Shown: piece after piece, positions 56,388-64,000 of the stretch
How the letters are laid out: each line of letters opens with the position of its first letter
Position numbering within the stretch: position 1 is the stretch's first letter
Source of the DNA: an uncultured Actinomycetota bacterium
Lineage (GTDB): Bacteria; Actinomycetota; Actinomycetes; JACCUZ01
Length of the DNA stretch: 64,000 nt
Assembly (NCBI GenBank): GCA_963751035.1
Contig: CAVVSW010000005.1
Location: 2,054,003-2,118,002 of the forward strand
Direction of reading: 5' to 3'
Position numbers and translations under genes: made by a program
Notes under the pieces: model-generated
The model's input: only the letters and a program-made list of their open reading frames with translations
Told to the model about the DNA's origin: nothing
Databases searched by the model: none

Positions 56388-59200
56388 GCGGGGCGACCGG
56401 ACAGCAGCTCGGCCACGACGGTCTCGGCGGCCCGGCCCGTCTCGTAGGCGCAGAACCGCTCCCGGAACGCGGCATAGCGCTCCCGGTAGACGGGCTCGTC
56501 CCGCTCGACGTTGCGCAGCGCCGCGATGAGTGCCTCGGTGTCGCTCACGAGCGGCCCGGGCGCGACCTCCTCGAGATCGAGGTAGGTCCCGCGCTCGTCG
56601 CGGATGTAGTCCTCGTAGTCGTAGGTGTAGAAGACCATCGGGCGACCGAGGTTGGCGTAGTCGAACATCACCGACGAGTAGTCGGTCACCAGCACGTCCG
56701 CGACAAGCAGCAGCTCGGTGACGTCGGGGTGCTTCGACACGTCACCGACGAACCGCTGGTGCCGGCGCGGGAGCGACAGCTTGTCCAGGTAGTGCGGGCG
56801 CACCAGGAAGTAGTGCTGCTCGCCGAGCTCGGCGAGCAGCGCGTCGAGATCCAGCTGGAGCTCGAACGGCTTGCCCAGCCGCAGGTCCCGGTCGCGGAAC
56901 GTCGGCGCGTACAGGACGACCTTGCGGCCGGGCGGGATCTCGAGCCTGTCGCGCACCGCCTGCACGTCGATCGACGCCTGCACCAGCGGGTCGTTGCGGG
57001 GCGAGCCGGACCGCAGCACCGGGCCGCGGTAGCGGTAGGACCGGGCGAAGGTGTCCACGAAGTACTCGCTGGGCGCGAGCAGGCAGTCCCACCGATCGAT
57101 CATGGCCTGGTGCGCGGCCCGCTCCCGGGCGCCCGCCGCCTCCAGCGCCGGCGAGTCGAAGCCCATCCGCTTCAGGGCCGTCCCGTGCCAGGTCTGCACG
57201 TACGTCGTCCCCGCCGGCTTGCGGAACTGCCGAGGGAAGCCCTGGTCGTCCACCCAGTACTGCGCGCGGGCGAGATGCCAGTGGAAGGCCCAGCTCCCGC
57301 GCTGGACCAGCTTCACGCCCTTCGGGAACCCTGCGGTCGAGCCGGCATGGACCCAGACCACGTCACCGAGGACTCCGGCATCGCGGGCCGCCTCGTAGAC
57401 GTACTTCGGGTTGCCGGTGTAGTGCTGGCCGAGCTGGCTCTGGAACACCGCACGACCAGGGATCGGAGGCAACCGGCTGAACAGCCGGAAGGCCCGACTC
57501 TTCATCGCCGTGTTGTGGGCGGGCCCGAACGACCGGCGTCGGAGCGAGCCGACCGCGCGGGCGGAGAAGCCGTGCACCCTGCCGACGGCGCGCATCGCCG
57601 GCAGCCGGTCCGGAACCTGCTCGAACGCGAGGTTGCCGTTGGTCGTCACGTAGGGCTCGACCCGGCCGGGCAGCAGGCGGTGGAACCGCCCGCGGACCTG
57701 GAACGAGCGTCCGGCAACGAGATCCGGCGCGATCGAGAACGCGCTGCGGTTGACATGACCGTCCCACGAGATCTCCAGCACGATGTCCCACACCGGGATC
57801 TGCCGGTCCAGCCGGCCGAGCGCGCGGGCCAGGGCGATCTCGGCGGACCAGGCGACCCGGGCTCCCTCGTGGCGGACATCGCGCACCGGGAACCGCTTGC
57901 GGTCCTTGCCGGCCCGGCTCTTCACCTCGATGGCGAGCCGGAGCCGGTCCTCGGGTGCGATCTGCCGGAACTGGTTGAGGAAGTGCGCCGTGACCGAGAG
58001 CTTGCCTCCGGCGACGTCGAACGCGGTGACCTCGTTGTAGACGCTCTGCCGGCTGAACGGCAGCTCGTGCAGCCGCAGCGAGGTGACGTCGAGCAGCTCA
58101 CGCATGCCGGGGTCGTCGAGGTAGCGGTCGGTCCAGTAGATGCGTCCGTCGCGCTCGACGAGCTCGGTCGACAGCTTGAAGCCGTGCTTGAGCCAGTCGA
58201 CCGTCTTGAGCGTCTCCTCGACATCGCCCTTGCGGATCATGGCGACGCAGATGCGGTGCACCTGGTCGACGCGCTCCAACGTCTGGTCGGACACCGTCGT
58301 GAGGTAGTCGCGGGCGAGCTCCATGAACTGCCGCTGGTACTCGACGTCGCGGTGCGGAAGGTCGTTGAGATAGAGGCGCAGGTCGTGCCTGACGAACTTC
58401 ACGTCCTTGTCGACCTTGAGGTCGGGCGCGCCGTGCGCGATCAGGAACTCGTCGATCAGCCGGTGCACCTTGATGCGGTCGCGGAAGTTCTCGAACTCGA
58501 AGCGGCGCTGGGAGATGGAGTGCTGGTCGCCGTGGCGGACGACCATCCACCGGTAGACCAGCGTCGGGATCAAGGCGATCGTGCGTGCCTGGCAGTAGAC
58601 CTGGGCGGTGAAGAGCTGGTCCTCGTAGTGCAGACCCTCCGGGAAGCGGATGCCGTGCTCGTCGAGGAAGGCGCGGCGGTAGATCTTGTTGGTCGAGATC
58701 GCGTCGAGAAACAGCTCAGGCATGTCGCGGATCCCGGCGAGCACGACCCGCTGCCGCGACGCGTAGACCTGCGACGCCCACAGCCGTTCCTTCCCGGACC
58801 TCACGTCGATGCGGACACAGGGTCCGCCGGCCACGTCCGCACCGGTCCGCTCGGCCGCCACCAGCAGGTTCTTGCAGGCATGCCGGGTGTAGGTGTCGTC
58901 GCTGTCGAGGAACATGACGTACGGCGCGCGCGCGTGCTCCATGCCGACGTTCCGCGGGCGGCTGCAGCCACCGCTGTTCTCCGGCAGGTGCACCGCTCGC
59001 ACCCTCGGGTCGAGGCGCGCGAAGTCGTCAGCGACATCGCCCGTGCCGTCGGTCGAGGCGTCGTCGACGATGATCAGCTCGAGGTTGGCCAGCGTCTGGT
59101 CGAGGACCGAGCGGACTGCCTGCGGGAGCCGCTTCGCGTCGTTGAAGGCGATGATCACCACCGACACGTCCGGAGTTCCGGGCGCCGGGTGCACGGTCAA
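56384..59200 (-). CDS. Bifunctional GT2 glycosyltransferase / CDP-glycerol:glycerophosphate glycerophosphotransferase (TagF-like) fusion, 938 aa
   Basis: N-terminal part VSVVIIAFNDAKRL..LIIVDDASTDGT..VMFLDSDD is GT2. C-terminal part ..YVQTWHGTALKRMGFD..VLYAPTFRD..FLVRPHY..LLVADVLVTDYSSVMFDYANLGRPMVFYTYDYEDY carries the TagF/Glyphos_transf motifs. Confidence 0.88.
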   Translation of the reverse strand: MTVHPAPGTPDVSVVIIAFNDAKRLPQAVRSVLDQTLANLELIIVDDASTDGTGDVADDFARLDPRVRAVHLPENSGGCSRPRNVGMEHARAPYVMFLDSDDTYTRHACKNLLVAAERTGADVAGGPCVRIDVRSGKERLWASQVYASRQRVVLAGIRDMPELFLDAISTNKIYRRAFLDEHGIRFPEGLHYEDQLFTAQVYCQARTIALIPTLVYRWMVVRHGDQHSISQRRFEFENFRDRIKVHRLIDEFLIAHGAPDLKVDKDVKFVRHDLRLYLNDLPHRDVEYQRQFMELARDYLTTVSDQTLERVDQVHRICVAMIRKGDVEETLKTVDWLKHGFKLSTELVERDGRIYWTDRYLDDPGMRELLDVTSLRLHELPFSRQSVYNEVTAFDVAGGKLSVTAHFLNQFRQIAPEDRLRLAIEVKSRAGKDRKRFPVRDVRHEGARVAWSAEIALARALGRLDRQIPVWDIVLEISWDGHVNRSAFSIAPDLVAGRSFQVRGRFHRLLPGRVEPYVTTNGNLAFEQVPDRLPAMRAVGRVHGFSARAVGSLRRRSFGPAHNTAMKSRAFRLFSRLPPIPGRAVFQSQLGQHYTGNPKYVYEAARDAGVLGDVVWVHAGSTAGFPKGVKLVQRGSWAFHWHLARAQYWVDDQGFPRQFRKPAGTTYVQTWHGTALKRMGFDSPALEAAGARERAAHQAMIDRWDCLLAPSEYFVDTFARSYRYRGPVLRSGSPRNDPLVQASIDVQAVRDRLEIPPGRKVVLYAPTFRDRDLRLGKPFELQLDLDALLAELGEQHYFLVRPHYLDKLSLPRRHQRFVGDVSKHPDVTELLLVADVLVTDYSSVMFDYANLGRPMVFYTYDYEDYIRDERGTYLDLEEVAPGPLVSDTEALIAALRNVERDEPVYRERYAAFRERFCAYETGRAAETVVAELLSGRPA

Positions 59201-59279
59201 CGGACGGGTCCTCTCGGCTGCGATCGGTCGGTTGCTGCGCCGGCGGCGGCACAGGCAAGTCTACTGAGCGCTACCGGCG

Positions 59280-60153
59280 TCACACGACGGGAGGACGGCC
59301 CGCCAGAGTCATCCGTACGACGGTGCGCCAGCGCATCGGGCGGCGCTCGCCGTAGCCACCGGCGAGGCCCTCGCGGAATCCGGCGAACCAGGCCCTCAGG
59401 CCTGCGGGTGACCTGACCCGCAGCAGGGTCAGGGCAACCCAGGCCACCAGGTAGACCGGCACCAGCGGCCAGGGCAGGTTGCGCATGGCCACCCAGACCC
59501 GGTTGCGGGCGTTCATCCGGTAGAACACGGCGTGCCTCGTGGGGTTGGTCGCCGGGTGGTTGACCACGACGTCGGCGGCGTAGAAGGCGGTGTAGCCGCG
59601 GTCCCAGATGCGCCAGACCAGGTCGATGCCCTCGTGACCGTAGAAGAAGTGCCCCGGCCATCCGCCGGCCGCCTCGAATGCCGACCGCCGGACCAGGAAC
59701 ACGCCCTCCCACACGATCGTGACGATGCTGCTGCGGCTCGGGTCACCGGTGCGCAGGCGCGGCACCCAGCGGCGCGGCGAGGGCAGCCCGGTCGGGTCGA
59801 CCGCCCGGGGCTGGGCGATCGCGATTGCGCGGGTCCCGGTCGAGGGCGTCAACGAGACGAGCCAGGACGTCGTCGGTGGGCAGGACGGCGTCGTCGTCGA
59901 AGAAGAACAGCAGGTCACCGCGGACCTCGCGGGCGCCGATGTTGCGGCCCTCCGGGATGCCGACGTTCTCCGGCAGAGCGAGCGTGCGCACGCCGTCGGG
60001 GATGCCCGTCGGCTCCCACCCGTTGCCCACCACCAGGACCTCGAGGTCGACGTCGCGTTGCCGCAGCAGCGACGCCAGCGCCCGCGGGAACTCCTCTGGC
60101 CGGTTGCCCATCGAGAGCACGACCGCACCGATCGAGGGCAGACGCTCGCTCAC
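59280..60153 (-). pseudogene. GT2-family glycosyltransferase, one frame interruption (~59.829 kb)
   Basis: GTG 60151-60153 overlaps the upstream stop (GTGA). ..IGAVVLSMGNRPEEFPRALASLLRQ..ENVGIPEGRNIG..LLFFFDDDAVL..LDRDP|AIAIAQPR..GVFLVRRSAFEAAGGW..EGIDLVWRIWDRGY. Confidence 0.8.
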
Positions 60154-60929
60154 CTCAACCTGCTCGACGTCAGGATCGCGAGGAGATGGCCGGCGACCGT
60201 GACTCCGGCAACGGGCAGCAGGACCGCGACCAGTGCCCGGGTCCCGGCCAGATCACCACCGACGGCATCGACGACCGCGGCCAGCAGGGCGAGCAACGTG
60301 AGCTCGACCGAGTGGAAGACCCGGTTGAACGGCAGGAACCGCACCATCGACCGCAGCCGGCGGATCCCGGCCACGGACGGCGCGGCCGCCTCGGCCTTGT
60401 CCTCGAGCCTGGGCAGCCCGGCGGCCGCGCGGGCCACATGGACGGCATCGTTGAGCGCCTTGTTGAAGAGCACGAGGACGGACAGCAGCGCGCCGAGCGT
60501 GGTCCACCCGCCGATCGAGTCGAGCCCGCCGTCGGCGCGCACGCCGAGCGCGATCGGGATCAGGCCCTCGGCGGTGTAGTGGCCGACCTTGTCGAGGAAG
60601 ATGCCGACGGCTGACGAGGTCCCCCGCCAGCGGGCCACCTCGCCGTCGGAGCAGTCGAGGAGCATCTGCAGCTGACCGAGGAAGGCGGCCAGCACGGCCC
60701 CGGCGAGACCGGGCACGAGCAGCGCGGCCCCGGCCGCGGCCCCGGTCAGGATCATCAGGCAGGTCACCGCGTTCGCGGTCAGCGCCGTGCCGACCAGCAC
60801 GCGGGTCAGGTAGGGCGAGAGCCGGCGCTGGTAGAGGTCGGCGGTCCAGTGCTCGGAGTTGCGCCTGCCTCGGACCTCGGGTGGCTGGGTACGAGCGCGC
60901 AGCTCGGCGATCGTCGGCCGGTCAGGCAC
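60150..60929 (-). CDS. CDP-alcohol phosphatidyltransferase family protein (variant motif: last Asp replaced by His)
   Basis: GTG 60927-60929 (8-nt overlap with the upstream gene). Multi-TM. Motif reads LLDCSDGEVARWRGTSSAVGIFLDKVGHY, i.e. DxxDGxxAR(x8)G(x3)D(x3)H. Confidence 0.82.
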   Translation of the reverse strand: MPDRPTIAELRARTQPPEVRGRRNSEHWTADLYQRRLSPYLTRVLVGTALTANAVTCLMILTGAAAGAALLVPGLAGAVLAAFLGQLQMLLDCSDGEVARWRGTSSAVGIFLDKVGHYTAEGLIPIALGVRADGGLDSIGGWTTLGALLSVLVLFNKALNDAVHVARAAAGLPRLEDKAEAAAPSVAGIRRLRSMVRFLPFNRVFHSVELTLLALLAAVVDAVGGDLAGTRALVAVLLPVAGVTVAGHLLAILTSSRLR

Positions 60930-62859
60930 GGACTGCCTCCTTTCGCGGCGCCCCGTCGGGTCCCGGCCGCAGCGCGCGCAGGCCACCCATCGTGCCGACC
61001 ACGACGAAGACGACGGCCAGGGCGACCGCCATCACGACCAGGCCGCGGGAGAGAGCGTCCTCGCCAGCAGCAGCCAGCGCCAAGATGACGATCAGCCGGC
61101 CCTCGACGCCCAGGCCGGCGGCGTGCACGGCGCCGGCGGGGGGCAAGCCGTTCAGCACGCGGTAGAGCGCGTCGTAGTGGTGGTAGGCAACCGCGAAGAG
61201 CAACCCGAACGCGGCCGGGATGGCGTCGGGCGCGACCGCGCGTACGACGAGCAGCACCACGGCGTACTCGAACAACCGCAACAACGGAGGCACCGTCCAT
61301 GCATACCTGCCTACGGGAAGCCGCCACGGGATGACCCGCGCGATGAGCGCGGCCAGCGGTCCGCGGTCGAGCTGCGCACGAATGACGTCACGTTCCAGCT
61401 CGCCACCCACCAGGTCGGCCCAGGTGCGGGCGCGCAGCACCCGGACCGTCGTGGTGTAGGCCAGCGCAACCAGGCCCAGCGCAAGCAGGACCTGGAACAC
61501 CAGGCGCGGCGTCCCGACCGCGGCCACGACTGAGATGACCAGCCAGCGCTCGCCGATCGGCAGGTGGATGGCCTTCTTGGTCCAGTTGACCCAGGGCCGC
61601 GCGTTGCTGCGCTGCGAGGCGCGCACGGCGCGTTCCACGGCCGACGCCGGCGCGGTTGCGTCCCCGGTGCCGTCGTCGGCGCGGTCGAGGTCCACGGACT
61701 GCAGCGAGCTCTCGCGCAGGTTCTTGACGAGTGCGAACGTGTAGTCGCTGGTGTGCCGCGTGGTCTGCAGGGTCAGCATCACCGCAGCCAGGAGCCACAC
61801 CTCGCCGCCGCCGGCGCCGTAGGCCAGCCCCGCGTAGCAGGCGTACTCCTTCACCCGGTCGGTCGAGGCGTCGAGCCAGGCACCCAGCGGGGAGAAGGCA
61901 CGGGTGTAGCGGGCCACCTCGCCGTCGACGCAGTCCACGACGAGCGAGAGCTGCAGCAGGAGCGCACCCGCCACCAGGCCGACCCGCCCGCCTGTTGCGA
62001 ACGCGCTGGCGGCTGCCAGCCCGATGACCAGCGAGGCGATGGTGATCGGGTTGGGTCGCAGCCCCCAGCGGAGTGCGAGCGGTGTGAGCCGCCGGGAGAT
62101 CCGCCGTACGACGAAGGTGGAGTAGAAGCCGTCGTCGGGCCGCAGGGCCCGGGCCAGCCGGACGGTCTCCGTGTCCGTTCCGCCCATGACCTCGTTCGCC
62201 CGGTCGACCTCGGCAGCGGCTGTGACCCGCCACCACGGCCAGGGGTCGATGTCGACCGCTGCGACGGGCACCTGCCGGCGTACCAGCGCGACCAGCACGT
62301 GTTCGGGCACGTCGCCCGACCAACGGTGTTCACGAGCCACGTCGGCCATCGCGCGCACGGCGTCCGCCGCACCGGGAAGGTCCTTGCGCGCGATCAGCAC
62401 CGCGCCGACGAAGACCGCGTCGGGGTCGCCCACGTGGTGGTTCGCGGACTCTGCGCTGACCACCTGGCCGCTGCGCCGCCGGATGTCGGCTCCGGAACCG
62501 GCCGCCGCCGAGACCATCGCACTGGTGCGCCGGCGTGGGTCGAGCAGCAGCTCCGCGACCGCCTCGTCGGGCAGCAGCAGGTCGGCCGCCACGATCGCCA
62601 CGTCGGTGTCGGCGTCAGTGAGGGTGTCCGCGACGGAGCGAAGTGCCGTGGCCAGGTCGGGTGCCGCGACCACCGCGGCCCGGCCGGCGACGGCGGCGCG
62701 CACCTCGTCGACCCCGTCGAGGGCGATCACCGACGTCACCGGAGCGCCCAGCCGGGCCAGCCGCTGCAGGGCGGCGTCGAGGACGGTGGCCGGACCGAGC
62801 GGGAGCAGCGCTGCTGGAGTGGCCGACGGGTCGGAGCGCACCGCCAGCAGCGAGATCAC
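60922..62859 (-). CDS. 646-aa multidomain protein: nucleotidyltransferase-like N-domain (degenerate) plus CDP-alcohol phosphatidyltransferase domain plus multi-TM DUF5941-like C-domain
   Basis: GTG 62857-62859 overlaps the ABC ATPase stop (GTGA). The central domain carries the complete motif VVDCVDGEVARYTRAFSPLGAWLDASTDRVKEY. The C-terminal ~220 aa is hydrophobic (..WLVISVVAAVG..LRLFEYAVVLLVV..LLFAVAYHHYDALYR). The DUF5941 name is from memory. Confidence 0.72.
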   Translation of the reverse strand: MISLLAVRSDPSATPAALLPLGPATVLDAALQRLARLGAPVTSVIALDGVDEVRAAVAGRAAVVAAPDLATALRSVADTLTDADTDVAIVAADLLLPDEAVAELLLDPRRRTSAMVSAAAGSGADIRRRSGQVVSAESANHHVGDPDAVFVGAVLIARKDLPGAADAVRAMADVAREHRWSGDVPEHVLVALVRRQVPVAAVDIDPWPWWRVTAAAEVDRANEVMGGTDTETVRLARALRPDDGFYSTFVVRRISRRLTPLALRWGLRPNPITIASLVIGLAAASAFATGGRVGLVAGALLLQLSLVVDCVDGEVARYTRAFSPLGAWLDASTDRVKEYACYAGLAYGAGGGEVWLLAAVMLTLQTTRHTSDYTFALVKNLRESSLQSVDLDRADDGTGDATAPASAVERAVRASQRSNARPWVNWTKKAIHLPIGERWLVISVVAAVGTPRLVFQVLLALGLVALAYTTTVRVLRARTWADLVGGELERDVIRAQLDRGPLAALIARVIPWRLPVGRYAWTVPPLLRLFEYAVVLLVVRAVAPDAIPAAFGLLFAVAYHHYDALYRVLNGLPPAGAVHAAGLGVEGRLIVILALAAAGEDALSRGLVVMAVALAVVFVVVGTMGGLRALRPGPDGAPRKEAVRA

Positions 62860-63600
62860 GGCTTGCCTCGGTCGAGCTCCTCGTTGTACTGCCGGAGCGT
62901 GTCGTCGATGGGCCCGTCGGCGACCAGCTGGCCACGGTTGAGGTACAGGCCCCTGGTGCAGAACCGGCGCAGATCCGGCTCGCTGTGAGAGACGAGAAAC
63001 AGGGTCCGGCCGCCCGAGAGCATGTCCTCCATCCGCCGGTAGCACTTCTCGCGGAATGCGCGGTCACCGACGGCCAGCACCTCGTCGACGAGGACGATCG
63101 GCTCTCGAAGGCTCGTGACGACGGCGAAGCCGAGGCGCACCTTCATGCCGCTGGAGAAGTGCCGGAACGGCAGGTCGAGGAACTCCTCCACCTCGGCGAA
63201 GTCCACGATCTCGTCGAACTTCTCGTCGATCTCGCGGCGGGACAGCCCGTGCAGTCCCGCGGTGAGATAGATGTTGTCGCGTGCTGTCAGATTTCCGACG
63301 AACCCGCCGGTGACCTCGATGAGCGGGGCGACTCCCCCGTCGACCCGCACGTCGCCCTCGTCCGGCGATGAGCACCCCGGCGATCAGTTTGAGCAGTGTG
63401 CTCTTGCCGCCACCGTTGGCGCCGACCAACCCGACGGCCTCACCCTCACCGACCGAGAAAGACACGTCGCGCAGGGCCCAGAACCGCCCCTTGGGCGTGG
63501 GAATGTTCTTCCGGAGAAGGATGTCGCGGATCGACTTCCGACGCCGTCGGTTTGCGTCGAACCAGATGCCGAGATTGTTGGCTTCGATGACGGACCGCAT
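62856..63600 (-). pseudogene. ABC transporter ATP-binding protein (TagH/Wzt-like polysaccharide or teichoic-acid exporter), one frame interruption (~63.369 kb)
   Basis: Walker [22 protein letters not shown]|[11 protein letters not shown].., signature [11 protein letters not shown], Walker [13 protein letters not shown]. Pieces are ORFs 63064..63600 and 62856..63350. Confidence 0.86.
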
Positions 63601-64000
63601 CAGAGTTCCTTCAATGCTCGGCCCTCGAGCCGGGTGAAGGCCACCGTGCCAAGGATCAGGAACAGGCAGGCAACGACCGCTCCGACAAGGACCTCGAGCC
63701 AGCCCGAGAAGAACTCAGGAAAGAACGCTGCGCGGTAGAGATCGAAGACGCCCGCCAATGGGTTGAGGATGTAGATCTTGGCCACCCATTCCGGGGCGCG
63801 ATCCTGCACGTCGCGCACCCCGTAGATGATCGGTGACAGGTAGAACAGCACGCGCAGCACGACGCGGAGCAGTCGCCGAACGTCGGTGTAGAGCACCGCG
63901 AGCGGCGCCAGCATCAGCCCGATGCCCACGAGGAACACGGTCTGGATCAGCACGGCCAGTGGCCAGGCCAGGATGTACCACGACGGGGCCTGCATATAGA
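63600..64000 (-). CDS. ABC-2 type transporter permease (TagG/Wzm-like), C-terminal part; gene continues beyond the window end
   Basis: ..[55 protein letters not shown].. is typical ABC-2 exporter permease C-terminal sequence. The frame is open to nt 64000. Its stop overlaps the ATPase start (TGATG). Confidence 0.8.
   Translation of the reverse strand, partial: YMQAPSWYILAWPLAVLIQTVFLVGIGLMLAPLAVLYTDVRRLLRVVLRVLFYLSPIIYGVRDVQDRAPEWVAKIYILNPLAGVFDLYRAAFFPEFFSGWLEVLVGAVVACLFLILGTVAFTRLEGRALKEL

Noticed and set aside
56240-59416. 1058-aa + strand ORF, the longest + strand ORF in the window
   Set aside because: It is antisense to the GT2-TagF fusion, which carries clear GT2 and TagF motifs. The + strand translation is Arg/Gly/Val/Asp/His-rich with no domain signature. 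The same reasoning applies to 28277..30922 (881 aa), 60859..61533 and 61564..62988.

Overview
High-GC (roughly 70-78% by hand counts) actinobacterial chromosomal segment with about 60 protein-coding genes. I found no rRNA, tRNA, CRISPR array, IS element, integrase or recognisable phage or defence genes. From memory, the backbone is syntenic with the Mycobacterium tuberculosis Rv3240c-Rv3268 region. In order it carries secA, hpf, comF-like, lpqB-mtrB-mtrA, ahcY(sahH), SIS isomerase, Trm112, manB, DUF3499, an Rv3259-like gene, whiB, fbiA-fbiB, a GDP-mannose pyrophosphorylase, and LCP/TIGR03089. Lineage-specific blocks are inserted into this backbone: (i) a start/stop-overlapping membrane protein-DUF4129-DUF4350-MoxR-DUF58 module plus a SpoIIM-like/RDD pair (11.6-21.1 kb); (ii) a giant membrane GT2 with a DUF5719-like partner next to whiB (27.8-32.5 kb); (iii) a ~26 kb cell-envelope glycopolymer region (38.3-64 kb). 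That region contains several GT2/GT4 enzymes, two SAM methyltransferases, a flippase-like protein, a GtrB-like GT2, a GT-C-like membrane protein and two secreted peptidoglycan-remodelling enzymes with 5x FG-GAP-like repeats. It also contains LCP, a GT2-TagF fusion, two CDP-alcohol phosphatidyltransferase paralogues (one in a 646-aa multidomain protein) and an ABC-2 exporter. The most striking sequence-level observation is that reading frames are intact for the first ~27.8 kb. After that, at least ~27 single-nucleotide frame disruptions occur in patches, affecting fbiA, fbiB, LCP, the giant GT2, an amidase and others. This is either a patchy assembly or polishing artefact or very recent gene decay. 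I cannot point to a clearly novel, self-contained system with confidence. The best candidates for uncharacterised biology are the MoxR/DUF58/DUF4350/DUF4129 module and the CDP-alcohol transferase/TagF-like/ABC exporter operon.
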